Assembly: GCA_964016885.1 (NCBI GenBank)
Contig: OZ024742.1
Coordinates: forward strand, 300,700,001 to 300,764,000
Direction of reading: 5' to 3'
Length of the DNA: 64,000 bases
Source: Eledone cirrhosa
Lineage: Eukaryota
Part shown: one piece after another, positions 1 through 15,000 of the stretch
Position numbering within the stretch: the stretch's first letter is position 1
Layout: every line of letters begins with the position of its first letter
The notes under the pieces: model-generated
What the model was told of the DNA's origin: nothing
Seen by the model: the letters and a program-made list of their open reading frames with translations, nothing else
The model's database searches: none
Position numbers and translations under genes: made by a program

Positions 1-3000
1 AGAAGAGATGGTACTGGTGGTGGTTGTAGTAGAGCAGTGATAATGGGGGTAGTAGGAGGTATTAGAAGAGATGGTAGTGGTGGTGGAGGTGGTAGAGCAG
101 TGATAATGGAGGTAGTAGGAGGTATTAGCAGAGATTATATTGGTGGTGGTGGTAGTAGAGCAGTGATAATGGAGGTAGTAGGAGGTATTAGCAGAGATTA
201 TATTGGTGGGGGTGGTAGTAGAGCAGTGATAATGGAGGTAGTAGGAGGTATTAGCAGAGATGGTAGTGGTGGTGGTGGTGGTAGAGCAGTGATAATGGAG
301 GTAGTAGGAGGTATTAGCAGAGATTATATTGGTGGTGGTGGTAGTAGAGCAGTGATAATGGAGGTAGTAGGAGGTATTAGCAGAGATGGTAGTGGTGGTG
401 GTGGTGGTAGAGCAGTGATAATGGAGGTAGTAGGAGGTATTAGCAGAGATTATATTGGTGGTGGTGGTAGTAGAGCAGTGATAATGGAGGTAGTAGGAGG
501 TATTAGCAGAGATTATATTGGTGGGGGTGGTAGTAGAGCAGTGATAATGGGGGTAGTAGGAGGTATTAGCAGAGATTATATTGGTGGTGGTGGTAGTAGA
601 GCAGTGATAATGGAGGTAGTAGGAGGTATTAGCAGAGATGGTAGTGGTGGTGGTGGTGGTAGAGCAGTGATAATGGAGGTAGTAGGAGGTATTAGCAGAG
701 ATTATATTGGTGGGGGTGGTAGTAGAGCAGTGATAATGGAGGTAGTAGGAGGTATTAGCAGAGATGGTATTGGTGGTGGTGGTGGTAGAGCCGTGATAAT
801 GGGGGTAGTAGGGGGTATTAACAGAGATGGTAGTGGTGGTGGTGGTAGTAGAGCAGTGATAATGGGGGTAGTAGGAGGTATTAGCAGAGATGGTACTGGT
901 GGTGGTGGTAGTAGAGCAGTGATAATGGGGGTAGTAGGAGGTATTAGCAGAGATGGTAGTGGTGGTGGTGGTGGTAGAGCAGTGATAATGGAGGTAGAAG
1001 GAGGTATTAGCAGAGATGGTAGTGGTGGTGGTGGTAGTAGAGCAGTGATAATGGGGGTAGTAGGAGGTATTAGCAGAGATGGTGGTGGTGGTGATAGAGC
1101 AGTAATAATGGGGGTAGTAGGAGGTATTAGCAGAGATGGTAGTGGTGGTAGTGGTAGTAGGGCAGTGATAATGGGGGTAGTGGGAGGTATTAGCAGAGAT
1201 GGTATTGGTGGTGGTGGTAGTAGAGCAGTGATAATGGGGGTAGTAGGAGGTATTAGCAGAGATGGTGGTGGTGGTGGTAGAGCAGTGATAATGGGGGTAG
1301 TAGGAGGTATTAGCAGAGATGGTAGTGGTGGTGGTGGTAGTAGGGCAGTGATAATGGGGGTAGTGGGAGGTATTAGCAGAGATGGTATTGGTGGTGGTGG
1401 TAGTAGAGCAGTGATAATGGGGGTAGTAGGAGGTATTAGCAGAGATGGTAGTGGTGGTGGTGGTAGTAGGGCAGTGATAATGGGGGTAGTGGGAGGTATT
1501 AGCAGAGATGGTATTGGTGGTGGTGGTAGTAGAGCAGTGATAATGGGGGTAGTAGGAGGTATTAGCAGAGATGGTAGTGGTGGTGGTGGTGGTAGTGCAG
1601 TGATAATGGAGGTAGTAGGAGGTATTAGCAGAGATGATATTGGTGGTGGTGGTAGTAGAACAGTTATAATGGAGGTAGTAGGAGGTATTAGCAGAGATGG
1701 TAGTGGTGGTGGTGGTGGTAGTAGAGCAGTGATATTGGAGGTAGTAGGAGGTATTAGCAGAGATGGTATAGGTGGTGGTGGTAGTAAAGCCGTGATAATG
1801 GGGGTAGTAGGAGGTATTAACAGAGATGGTAGTGGTGGTGGTGGTAGTAGAGCAGTGATAATGGGGGTAGTAGGAGGTATTAGCAGAGATGGTAGTGGTG
1901 GTGGTGGTGGTAGTGCAGTGATAATGGAGGTAGTAGGAGGTATTAGCAGAGATGATATTGGTGGTGGTGGTAGTAGAACAGTTATAATGGAGGTAGTAGG
2001 AGGTATTAGCAGAGATGGTAGTGGTGGTGGTGGTGGTAGTAGAGCAGTGATATTGGAGGTAGTAGGAGGTATTAGCAGAGATGGTATAGGTGGTGGTGGT
2101 AGTAGAGCCGTGATAATGGGGGTAGTAGGAGGTATTAACAGAGATGGTAGTGGTGGTGGTGGTAGTAGAGCAGTGATAATGGGGGTAGTAGGAGGTATTA
2201 ACAAAGATGGTAGTAGTGGTGGCGGTAGTAGAGCAGTGATAATGGGGGTAGTAGGAGGTATTAGCAGAGATGGTCCTGGTGGTGGTGGTGGTGGTAGAGC
2301 AGTAATAATGGGGGTAGTAGGAGGTATTAACAGAGATGGTAGTGGTGGTGGTGGTAGTAGAGCAGTGATAATGGGGGTAGTAGGAGGTATTAGGAGAGAT
2401 GGTGGTGGTGGTGGTAGAGCAGTGATAATGGAGGTAGTAGGAGGTATTAGCAGAGATGGTACTGGTGGTGGTGGTGGTAGAGCAGTGATAATGGGGGTAG
2501 TAGGAGGTATTAGCAGAGATGGTACTGGTGGTGGTGGTAGTAGAGCAGTGATAATGGGGGTAGTAGGAGGTATTAACAGAGATGGTAGTGGTGGTGGTGG
2601 TAGTAGAGCAGTGATAATGGGGGTAGTAGGAGGTATTAGCAGAGATGGTGGTGGTGGTGATAGAGCAGTAATAATGGGGGTAGTAGGGGGTATTAGCAGA
2701 GATGGTAGTGGTGGTGGTGGTAGTAGAGCAGTGATAATGGGGGTAGTAGGAGGTATTAGCAGAGATGGTGGTGGTGGTAGTACAGCAGTTATAATGGGGG
2801 TAGTAGGAGGTATTAGGAGAGATGGTGGTGGTGGTGGTAGAGCAGTGATAATGGAGGTAGTAGGAGGTATTAGCAGAAATGGTACTGGTGGTGGTGGTGG
2901 TAGAGCAGTGATAATGGGGGTAGTAGGAGGTATTAGAAGAGATGGTACTGGTGGTGGTTGTAGTAGAGCAGTGATAATGGGGGTAGTAGGAGGTATTAGA

Positions 3001-6000
3001 AGAGATGGTACTGGTGGTGGTGGTGGTAGAGCAGTGATAATGGAGGTAGTAGGAGGTATTAGCAGAGATTATATTGGTGGTGGTGGTAGTAGAGCAGTGA
3101 TAATGGAGGTAGTAGTAGGTATTAGCAGAGATGGTAGTGGTGGTGGTGGTGGTAGAGCAGTGATAATGGAGGTAGTAGGAGGTATTAGCAGAGATGGTAT
3201 TGGTGGTGGTGGTGGTAGAGCCGTGATAATGGGGGTAGTAGGGGGTATTAACAGAGATGGTAGTGGTGGTGGTGGTAGTAGAGCAGTGATAATGGGGGTA
3301 GTAGGAGGTATTAGCAGAGATTATATTGGTGGTGGTGGTAGTAGAGCAGTGATAATGGAGGTAGTAGGAGGTATTAGCAGAGATGGTAGTGGTGGTGGTG
3401 GTGGTAGTAGAGCAGTGATAATGGAGGTAGTAGGAGGTATTAGCAGAGATTATATTGGTGGGGGTGGTAGTAGAGCAGTGATAATGGAGGTAGTAGGAGG
3501 TATTAGCAGAGATGGTATTGGTGGTGGTGGTGGTAGAGCCGTGATAATGGGGGTAGTAGGGGGTATTAACAGAGATGGTAGTGGTGGTGGTGGTAGTAGA
3601 GCAGTGATAATGGGGGTAGTAGGAGGTATTAGCAGAGATGGTACTGGTGGTGGTGGTAGTAGAGCAGTGATAATGGGGGTAGTAGGAGGTATTAGCAGAG
3701 ATGGTAGTGGTGGTGGTGGTGGTGGTAGAGCAGTGATAATGGAGGTAGAAGGAGGTATTAGCAGAGATGGTAGTGGTGGTGGTGGTAGTAGAGCAGTGAT
3801 AATGGGGGTAGTAGGAGGTATTAGCAGAGATGGTGGTGGTGGTGATAGAGCAGTAATAATGGGGGTAGTAGGAGGTATTAGCAGAGATGGTAGTGGTGGT
3901 GGTGGTGGTAGAGCAGTGATAATGGGGGTAGTAGGAGGTATTAGCAGAGATGGTAGTGGTGGTGGTGGTAGTAGGGCAGTGATAATGGGGGTAGTGGGAG
4001 GTATTAGCAGAGATGGTATTGGTGGTGGTGGTAGTAGAGCAGTGATAATGGGGGTAGTAGGAGGTATTAGCAGAGATGGTAGTGGTGGTGGTGGTGGTAG
4101 TGCAGTGATAATGGAGGTAGTAGGAGGTATTAGCAGAGATGATATTGGTGGTGGTGGTAGTAGAACAGTTATAATGGAGGTAGTAGGAGGTATTAGCAGA
4201 GATGGTAGTGGTGGTGGTGGTGGTAGTAGAGCAGTGATAATGGAGGTAGTAGGAGGTATTAGCAGAGATGGTATAGGTGGTGGTGGTAGTAGAGCCGTGA
4301 TAATGGGGATAGTAGGAGGTATTAACAGAGATGGTAGTGGTGGTGGTGGTAGTAGAGCAGTGATAATGGGGGTAGTAGGAGGTATTAACAAAGATGGTAG
4401 TAGTGGTGGTGGTAGTAGAGCAGTGATAATGGGGGTAGTAGGAGGTATTAGCAGAGATGGTCCTGGTGGTGGTGGTAGTAGAGCAGTGATAATGGGGGTA
4501 GTAGGAGGTATTAGGAGAGATGGTGGTGGTGGTGGTAGAGCAGTGATAATGGAGGTAGTAGGAGGTATTAGCAGAGATGGTACTGGTGGTGGTGGTGGTA
4601 GAGCAGTGATAATGGGGGTAGTAGGAGGTATTAGCAGAGATGGTAGTGGTGGTGGTGGTAGTAGAGCAGTGATAATGGGGGTAGTAGGAGGTATTAGCAG
4701 AGATGGTGGTGGTGGTGGTGGTGGTAGAGCAGTGATAATGGGGGTAGAGGGGGTATTAGCAGAGATGGTGGTGGTGGTGGTGGTGGTAGAGCAGTGATAA
4801 TGGGGGTAGTAGGGGGTATTAGCAGAGATGGTGGTGGTGGTGGTGGTGGTAGAGCAGTGATAATGGAGGTAGTGGGAGGTATTAGCAGAGATGGTAGTGG
4901 TGGTGGTTGTAGTAGAGCAGTGATAATGGGGGTAGTAGGGGGTATTAGCAGAGATGGTGGTGGTGGTGGTAGAGCAGTGATAATGGGGGTAGTAGGAGGT
5001 ATTAACAGAGATGGTAGTGGTGGTGGTTGTAGTAGAGCAGTGATAATGGAGGTAGTGGGAGGTATTAGCAGAGATGGTACTGGTGGTGGTGGTGGTAGAG
5101 CAGTGATAATGGGGGTAGTAGGAGGTATTAACAGAGATGGTACTGGTGGTGGTGGTGGTAGAGCAGTGATAATGGGGGTAGTAGGAGGTATTAGCAGAGA
5201 TGGTACTGGTGGTGGTGGTGGTAGAGCAGTGATAATGGGGGTAGTAGGAGGTATTAGCAGAGATAGTACTGGTGGTGGTGGTGGTAGTAGAGCAGTGATA
5301 ATGGAGGTAGTATGAGGTATTAGCAGAGATGGTAGTGGTGGTGGTGGTGGTGGTAGAGCAGTGATAATGGGGGTAGTAGGAGGTATTAGCAGAGAAGGTA
5401 GTGGTGGTGGTAGAGCAATAATAATGGGGGTAGGAGGAGGTATTAGCAGAGATGGTATTGGTGGTGGTGGTGGTAGAGCAGTGATAATGGAGGTAGTAGG
5501 AGGTATTAGCAGAGATGCTATTGGTGGTGGTGGTGATGGTGGTAGAGCAGTGATAATGGGGGTAGTAGGAGGTATTAGCAGAGATGCTATTGGTGGTGGT
5601 GGTGGTGGTGGTAGAGCAGTGATAATGGGGGTAGTAGGAGGTATTAGCAGAGATGGTACTGGTGGTGGTGGTAGTAGAGTAGTGATAATGGGGGTAGTAG
5701 GAGGTATTAGCAGAGATGGTAGTGGTGGTGGTGGTGGTAGAGCAGTGATAATGGAGGTAGTAGGAGGTATTAGCAGAGATGGTATTGGTGGTGGTGGTAG
5801 TAGAGCAGTGATAATGGGGGTAGTAGGAGGTATTAACAGAGATGGTAGTGGTGGTGGTGGTGGTAGAGCAGTGATAATGGAGGTAGTAGGAGGTATTAGC
5901 AGAGATGGTATTGGTGGTGGTGGTGATGGTGGTAGGGCAGTGATAATGGGGTAGTAGGAGGTATTAACAGAGATGGTAGTGGTGGTGGTGGTAGTAGAGC

Positions 6001-9000
6001 AGTGATAATGGGGGTAGTAGGAGGTATTAGCAGAGATGGTGGTGGTGGTGATAGAGCAGTGATAATGGGGGTAGTAGGAGGTATTAGCAGAGAAGGTAGT
6101 GGTGGTGGTAGAGCAATAATAATGGGGGTAGGAGGAGGTATTAGCAGAGATGGTACTGGTGGTGGTGGTAGTAGGGCAGTGATAATGGGGTTAGTGGGAG
6201 GTATTAGCAGAGATGGTGGTGGTGGTGGTGGTAGTAGGGCAGTGATAATGGGGGTAGTAGGGGGTATTAGCAGAGATGGTAGTGGTGGTGGTGGTGGTAG
6301 AGCAGTGATAATAGGGGTAGTAGGAGGTATTAGCAGAGATGGTACTGGTGGTGGTGGTAGTAGGGCAGTGATAATGGGGGTAGTAAGAGGTATTAGCAGA
6401 GATGGTATTGGTGGTATTGGTGGTGGTAGAGCAGTGATAATGGAGATAGTAGGAGGTATTAGCAGAGATTGTACTGGTGGTGGTGGTGGTGGTAGAGCAG
6501 TGATAATGGGGGTAGTAGGAGGTATTAGGAGAGATGGTAGTGGTGGTGGTGGTGGTAGAGCAGTGATAATGGAGGTAGTAGGAGGTATTAGCAGAGATGG
6601 TAGTGGTGGTGGTAGAGCAGTGATAATGGGGGTAGTAGGAGGTATTAGCAGAGATGGTACCGGTAGTGGTGGTAGTAGAGCAGTGATAATGGGGGTAGTA
6701 GGAGGTATTAACAGAGATGGTAGTGGTGGTGGTGGTTGTAGAGCAGCGATAATGGGGGTAGTAGGAGGTATTAGCAGAGATGGTAGTGGTGGTGGTGGTA
6801 GTAGAGCAGTAATAATGGGTGTAGTAGGAGGTATTAGCAGAGATGATATTGGTGGTGGTGGTAGTAGAGCAGTGATAATGGAGGTAGTAGGAGGTATTAG
6901 CAGAGATGATATTGGTGGTGGTGGTAGTAGAGCAGTGATAATGGGGGTAGTAGGAGGTATTAGCAGAGATGATATTGGTGGTGGTGGTAGTAGAGCAGTG
7001 ATAATGGGGGTAGTAGGAGGTATTAGCAGAGATGATATTGGTGGTGGTGGTAGTAGAGCAGTGATAATGGGGGTAGTAGGAGGTATTAACAGAGATGGTA
7101 CTGGTGGTGATGGTGGTGGTAGTAGAGCCGTGATAATGGGGGTAGTAGGAGGTATTAACAGAGATGGTAGTGGTGGTGGTGGTAGTACAGCAGTGATAAT
7201 GGGGGTAGTAGGAGGTATTAACAGAGATGGTAGTGGTGGTGGTAGAGCAGTGATAATGGGGGTAGTAGGAGGTATTAGCAGAGATGGTAGTGGTGGTGGT
7301 GGTGGTAGTAGAGCAGTGATAATGGGGGTAGTAGGAGGTATTAACAGAGATGGTAGTGGTGGTGGTGGTGGTAGTAGAGCAGTGATAATGGGGGTAGTAG
7401 GAGGTATTAGCAGAGATGGTAGTGGTGGTGGTGGTGGTGGTAGAGCAGTAATAATGGGGGTAGTAGGAGGTATTAACAGAGATGGTAGTGGTGGTGGTGT
7501 TGGTAGTAGAGCAGTGATAATGGGGGTAGTAGGAGGTATTAGCAGAGATGGTAGTGGTGGTCTAAGAGCAGTGATAATGGGGGTAGTAGGAGGTTTTAGC
7601 AGAGATGGTAGTGGTGGTGGTTGTAGTAGAGCAGTGATAATGGGGGTAGTAGGAGGTATTAGCTGAGATGGTACTGGTGGTGGTTGTAGTAGAGCAGTGA
7701 TAATGGGGGGTAGTAGGAGGTATTAGAAGAGATGGCACTGGTGGTGGTGGTGGTAGAGCAGTGATAATGGGGGGTAGTAGGAGGTATTAGCAGAGATGGT
7801 ACTGGTGGTGGTGGTAGTAGAGCAGTGATAATGGGGGTAGTAGGAGGTATTAGCAGAGATGGTACTGGTGGTGGTGGTGGTGGTGGTGGTGGTGGTAGTA
7901 GAGCCTTGATAATGGGGGTAGTAGGAGGTATTAGCAGAGATGGTATTGGTGGTGGTGGTGGTAGTAGAACAGTTATAATGGAGGTAGTAGGAGGTATTAG
8001 CAGAGATGGTAGTGGTGGTGGTGGTAGTAGAGCAGTGATAATGGGGGTAGTAGGAGGTATTAACAGAGATGGTAGTGGTGGTGGTGGTAGTAGAGCAGTG
8101 ATAATGGGGGTAGTAGGAGGTATTAGCAGAGATGGTGGTGGTGGTGATAGAGCAGTAATAATGGGGGTAGTAGGAGGTATTAACAGAGATGGTAGTAGTG
8201 GTGGTGGTAGAAGAGCAGTGATAATGGAGGTAGTAGGAGGTATTAGCAGAGATGGTGGTGGTGGTGATAGAGCAGTAATAATGGGGGTAGTAGGGGGTAT
8301 TAGCAGAGATGGTATTGGTGGTGGTGGTGGTAGAGCAGTGATAATGGGGGTAGTAGGAGGTATTAGCAGAGATGGTAGTGGTGGTGGTGGTAGTAGAGCA
8401 GTGATAATGGGGTAGTAGGAGGTATTAACAGAGATGGTAGTGGTGGTGGTGGTAGTAGAACAGTTATAATGGAGGTAGTAGGAGGTATTAGCAGAGATGG
8501 TATTGGTGGTGGTGGTGGTAGTACAGCAGTGATAATGGAGGTAGTAGGAGGTATTAGCAGAGATGGTACTGGTGGTGGTGGTGGTAGAGCAGTGATAATG
8601 GGGGTAGTAGGAGGTATTAGCAGAGATGGTACTGGTGGTGGTGGTGGTAGAGCCGTGATAATGGGGGTAGTAGGAGGTATTAGCAGAGATTGTAGTGGTG
8701 GTGGTGGTGGTGGTAGTAGAGCAGTGATAATGGAGGTAGTGGGAGGTATTAGCAGAGATGGTATTGGTGGTGGTGGTAGTAGAGCAGTGATAATGGAGGT
8801 AGTAGGAGGTATTAGCAGAGATTGTACTGGTGGTGGTGGTAGTAGAGCAGTGATAATGGAGGTAGTGGGAGGTATTAGCAGAGATTGTACTGGTGGTGGT
8901 GGTGGTAGAGCAGTGATAATGGAGGTAGTGGGAGGTATTAGCAGAGATGGTATTGGTGGTGGTGGTGGTAGAGCAGTGATAATAGGGGTAGTAGGAGGTA

Positions 9001-12000
9001 TTAGCAGAGATGGTAGTGGTGGTGGTGGTAGTAGAGCAGTGATAATGGGGGTAGTATGAGGTATTAGCAGAGATGGTATTGGTGGTGGTGCTGGTGGTAG
9101 AACAGTGATAATGGGGGTAGTAGGAGGTATTAGCAGAGATGGTACTGGTGGTGGTGGTGGTAGGGCAGTAATAATGGAGGTAGTAGGAGGTATTAGCAGA
9201 GATGGTATTGGTGGTGGTGGTAGTAGAGCTGTGATAATGGAGGTAGTAGGAGGTATTAGCAGAGATGGTAGTGGTGGTGGTGGTAGTAGAGCAGTGATAA
9301 TGGGGGTAGTATGAGGTATTAGCAGAGATGGTAGTGGTGGTGGTGGTAGTAGAGCTGTGATAATGGAGGTAGTAGGAGGTATTAGCAGAGATGGTAGTGG
9401 TGGTGGTGGTAGTAGAGCAGGGATAATGGAGGTAGTAGGAGGTATTAGCAGAGATGGTACTGGTGGTGGTGGTGGTAGAGCAGTGATAATGGAGGTAGTA
9501 GGAGGTACTATCAGAGATGGTACTGGTGGTGGTGGTGGTAGAACAGTGATAATGGGGGTAGTAGGAGGTATTAGTAGAGATGGTACTGGTGGTGGTGGTG
9601 GTAGAGCAGTGATAATGGGGGTAGTAGGAGGTATTAGCAGAGATGGTACTGGTGGTGGTGGTGGTAGAGCAGTGATAATGGGGGTAGTTGGAGGTACTAT
9701 CAGAGATGGTACTGGTGGTGGTGGTGGTGGTAGAGCAGTAATAATGGGGGTAGTAGGAGGTATTAGCAGAGATGGTACTGGTGGTGGTGGTGGTAGAGCA
9801 GTGATAATGGGGGTAGTAGGAGGTATTAACAGAGATGGTAGTGGTGGTGGTGGTGGTGGTGGTGGTGGTAGTGCAGTGATAATGGAGGTAGTATGAGGTA
9901 TTAGCAGAGATGGTACTGGTGGTGGTGGTAGTAGAGCAGTGATAATGGGTGGTAGTAGGAGGTATTAGCAGAGATGGTATTGGTGGTGGTGGTAGTAGAG
10001 CAGTGATAATGGAGTTAGTAGGAGGTATTAGCAGAGATGGTAGTGGTGGTGGTGGTGGTGGTAGAGCAGTGATAATGGAGGTAGTAGCAGGTATTAGCAG
10101 AGATGGTAGTGGTGGTGGTGGTAGTAGAGCAGTGATAATGGGTGGTAGTAGGAGGTATTAGCAGAGATGGTATTGGTGGTGGTGGTAGTAGAGCAGTGAT
10201 AATGGAGGTAGTAGGAGGTATTAGCAGAGATGGTATTGGTGGTGGTGCTGGTGGTAGAGCAGTGATAATGGAGGTATTAGGAGGAATTAGCAGAGATGGT
10301 ATTGGTGGTGGTGGTAGTAGAGCAGTGATAATGGAGGTAGTAGGAGGTATTAGCAGAGATGGTAGTGGTGGTGGTGGTGGTAGAGCAGTGATAATGGAGG
10401 TAGTAGGAGGAATTAGCAGAGATGGTATTGGTGGTGGTGGTGGTAGAGCAGTGATAATGGAGGTAGTAGGAGGTATTAGCAGAGATGGTATTGGTGGTGG
10501 TGGTGGTAGAGCAGTGATAATGGAGGTAGTAGGAGGTATTAGCAGAGATGGTACTGGTGGTGGTGGTAGTAGAGCAGTGATAATGGAGGTAGTAGGAGGT
10601 ATTAGCAGAGATGGTATTGGTGGTGGTGGTGGTAGAGCAGTGATAATGGAGGTAGTAGGAGGTATTAGCAGAAATGGTACTGGTGGTGGTGGTAGTAGAG
10701 CAGTGATAATGGAGGTAGTAGGAGGTATTAGCAGAGATGGTACTGGTGGTGGTGGTAGTAGAGCAGTGATAATGGGGGTAGTAGGAGGTATTAGCAGAGA
10801 TGGTAGTGGTGGTGGTGGTAGTAGAGCAGTGATAATGGGCGTAGTAGGAGGTATTAGCAGAGATGGTATTGGTGGTGGTGGTGGTAGAGCAGTGATAATG
10901 GAGGTAGTAGGAGGTATTAGCAGAAATGGTACTGGTGGTGGTGGTAGTAGAGCAGTGATAATGGAGGTAGTAGGAGGTATTAGCAGAGATGGTAGTGGTG
11001 GTGGTGGTAGTAGAGCAGTGATAATGGGCGTAGTAGGAGGTATTAGCAGAGATGGTATTGGTGGTGGAGGTGGTAGAGCAGTGATAATGGGGGTAGTAGG
11101 AGGTATTAGCAGAGATGGTAGTGGTGGTGGTGGTAGTAGAGCAGTGATAATGGGGGGTTTTAGGAGGTATTAGAAGAGATGGTACTGGTGGTGGTGGTAG
11201 TAGAGCAGTGATAATGGGGGGGTAGTAGACGGCATTAACAGAGATGGTATTGGTGGTGGTGGTGGTAGAGCAGTGATAATGGGGGTAGTAGGAGGTATTA
11301 GCAGAAATGGTACTGGTGGTGGTGGTAGTAGAGCAGTGATAATGGAGGTAGTAGGAGGTATTTGCAGAGATTGTAGTGGTGGTGGTGGTGGTGGTAGAGC
11401 AGTTATAATGGAGGTAGTAGGAGGTATTTGCAGAGATGGTACTGGTGGTGGTGGTGGTAGAGCAGTGATAATGGGGGTAGTAGGAGGTATTAACAGAGAT
11501 GGTACTGGTGGTGGTGGTAGTAGAGCAGTGATAATGGAGGTAGTAGGAGGTATTTGCAGAGATGGTACTGGTGGTGGTGGTGGTAGAGCAGTGATAATGG
11601 GGGTAGTAGGAGGTATTAGCAGAGATGGTACTGGTGGTGGTGGTAGTAGAGCAGTGATAATGGGGGTAGTAGGAGGTATTTGCAGAGATGGTACTGGTGG
11701 TGGTGGTGGTAGAGCAGTGATAATGGGGGAGTAGGAGGTATTAGCAGAGATGGTATAGGTGGTGGTGGTAGTAGAGCAGTGATAATGGAGGTAGTAGGAG
11801 GTATTAACAGAGATGGTACAGGTGGTATTGATGGTGGTGGTGGTGGTAGGGCAGTGATAATGGAGGTAGTAGGAGGTATTAGCAGAGATGGTACTGGTGG
11901 TGGTGGTGGTAGAGCAGTGATAAAGGGGGTAGTAGGAGGTATTAGCAGAGATAGTAGTGGTGGTGGTAGAGCAGTGATAATGGAGGTAGTAGGAGGTATT

Positions 12001-15000
12001 AGCAGAGATGGTAGTGGTGGTGGTGGTAGTAGAGCAGTGATAATGGAGGTAGTAGGAGGTATTAGCAGAGAGGGTAGTGGTGGTGGTGGTAGTAGAGCAG
12101 TGATAATGGAGGTAGTAGGAGGTATTTGCAGAGATGGTAGTGGTGGTGGTGGTAGTAGAGCAGTGATAATGGAGGTAGTAGGAGGTATTAGCAGAGATGG
12201 TACTGGTGGTGGTGGTAGTAGAACAGTGACAATGGAGGTAGTAGGAGGTATTAGCAGAGATAGTATTGGTGGTGGTGGTAGTAGAGCAGTGATAATGGAG
12301 GTAGTAGGAGGTATTAGCAGAGATGGTAGTGGTGGTGGTGGTGGTAGTGCAGTGATAATGGAGGTAGTAGGTGGTATTAGCAGAGATGGTAGTGGTGGTG
12401 GTGGTGGTAGAGCAGTGATAATGGAGGTAGTAGGAGGTATTAGCAGAGATGGTAGTGGTGGTGGTGGTAGTAGAGCAGTGATAATGGAGGTAGTAGGAGG
12501 TATTAGCAGAGATGGTACTGGTGGTGGTGGTGGTAGACCAGTGATAATGGAGGTAGTAGGAGGTATTAGCAGAGATGTTACTGGTGGTGGTGGTGGTGTT
12601 AGTAGAGCAGTGATAATGGGGGTAGTAGGAGGTATTAGCAGAGATGGTATTGGTGGTGGTGGTAGTAGAACAGTGACAATGGAGGTAGTAGGAGGTATTA
12701 GCAGAGATAGTATTGGTGGTGGTGGTGGTAGACCAGTGATAATGGAGGTAGTAGGAGGTATTAGCAGAGATGTTACTGGTGGTGGTGGTGGTGTTAGTAG
12801 AGCAGTGATAATGGGGGTAGTAGGAGGTATTAGCAGAGATGGTATTGGTGGTGGTGGTAGTAGAACAGTGACAATGGAGGTAGTAGGAGGTATTAGCAGA
12901 GATAGTATTGGTGGTGGTGGTGGTAGAGCAGTGATAATGGAGGTAGTAGGAGGTATTAGCAGAGATGTTACTGGTGGTGGTGGTGGTGGTAGTAGAACAG
13001 TGACAATGGAGGTAGTAGGAGGTATTAGCAGAGATGGTACTGGTGGTGGTGGTAGTAGAGCAGTGATAATGGGGGTAGTAGGAGGTATTAGCAGAGATGG
13101 TAGTGGTGGTGGTGGTAGTAAAGCAGTGATAATGGGGGTAGTAGGAGGTATTAGCAGAGATGGTACTGGTGGTGGTGGTAGTAGAGCAGTGATAATGGAG
13201 GTAGTAGGAGGTATTAGCAGAGATGGTAGTGGTGGTGGTGGTAGTAGAGCAGTGATAATGGAGGTAGTAGGAGGTATTAGCAGATATGGGAGTGGTGGTG
13301 GTGGTAGTAGAGCAGTGATAATGGGTGGTAGTAGGAGGTATTAGATGAGATGGTAGTGGTGGTGGTGGTGGTAGAGCAGTGATAATGGGGGGTAGTAGGA
13401 GGTATTAGCAGAGAAGGTATTGGTGGTGGTGGTGGTAGAGCAGTGATAATGGGGGGTAGTAGGAGGTATTAGTTGAGATGGTATTGGTGGTGGTGGTGGT
13501 GGTAGAGCAGTGATAATGGAGGTAGTAGGAGGTATTAGCAGAGATGTTATTGGTGGTGGTGCTGGTGGTAGAGCAGTGATAATGGAGGTAGTAGGAGGTA
13601 TTAGCAGAGATGGTACTGGTGGTGGTGGTAGTAGAGCAGTGATAATGGAGGTAGTAGGAGGTATTAGCAATGATGGTATTGGTGGTGGTGGTAGTAGAGC
13701 AGTGATAATGGTGGTAGTAGGAGGTATTAGCAGAGATGGTATTGGTGGTGGTGGTGGTAGAGCAGTGATAATGGGCGTAGTAGGAGGTATTAGCAGAGAT
13801 GGTAGTGGTGGTGGTGGTGGTAGAGCAGTGATAATGGAGGTAGTAGGAGGTATTAGCAGAGATGGTAGTGGTGGTGGTGGTGGTAGTAGAGCAGTGATAA
13901 TGGAGGTAGTAGGAGGTATTAGCAGAGATGGTATTGGTGGTGGTGGTGGTAGAGCAGTGATAATGGAGGTAGTAGGAGGTATTAGCAGAGATGGTAGTGG
14001 TGGTGGTGGTAGTAGAGCAGTGATAATGGGGGTAGTAGGAGGTATTAGCAGAGATGGTACTGGTGGTGGTGGTAGTAGAGCAGTGATAATGGAGGTAGTA
14101 GGAGGTATTAGCAGAGATGGTAGTGGTGGTAGTAGAGCAGTGATAATGTAGGTAGTAGGAGGTATTAGCAGAGATTGTAGTGGTGGTGGTGGTGGTAGTA
14201 GAGCAGTAATAATGGAGGTAGTAGGAGGTATTAGCACAGTTGGTAGTGGTGGTGGTGGTAGTAGAGCAGTGATAATGGGGGGTAGTAGGAGGTATTAGCA
14301 GAGATTGTACTGGTGGTGGTGGTAGTAGGAGTTATTAGCAGAGATGGTATTGGTGGTGGTGGTAGTAGAGCAGTGATAATGGGGGGTAGTAGGAGGTATT
14401 AGCAGAGATTGTACTGGTGGTGGTGGTAGTAGGAGGTATTAGCAGAGATGGTATTGGTGGTGGTGGTAGTAGAGCAGTGATAATAGAGGTAGTAGGAGGT
14501 ATTAGCAGAGATGGTATTGGTGGTGGTGGTAGTAGAGCAGTGATAATGGAGGTAGTAGGAGGTATTTGCAGAGATGGTACTGGTGGTGGTGGTGGTAGAG
14601 CAGTGATAATGGAGGTAGTAGGAGGTATTAGCAGAGATGGTATTGGTGGTGGTGGTAGTAGAGCAGTGATAATAGAGGTAGTAGGAGGTATTAGCAGAGA
14701 TGGTAGTGGTGGTGGTGGTGGTAGAGCAGTGATAATGGAGGTAGTAGGAGGTATTAGCAGAGATGATAGTGGTGGTGTTGGTGGTGGTGGTAGTAGAGCA
14801 GTCATAATGGAGGTAGAAGGAGGTATTAGCAGAGATAGTACTGGTGGTGGTGGTGGTGGTGGTAGTAGAGCAGTGATAATGGAGGTAGTAGGAGGTATTA
14901 GCAGAGATGGTACTGGTGGTGGTTGTAGTAGAGCAGTGATAATGGAGGTAGTAGGAGGTATTAGCAGAGATGGTACTGGTGGTGGTGGTAGTAGAGCAGT

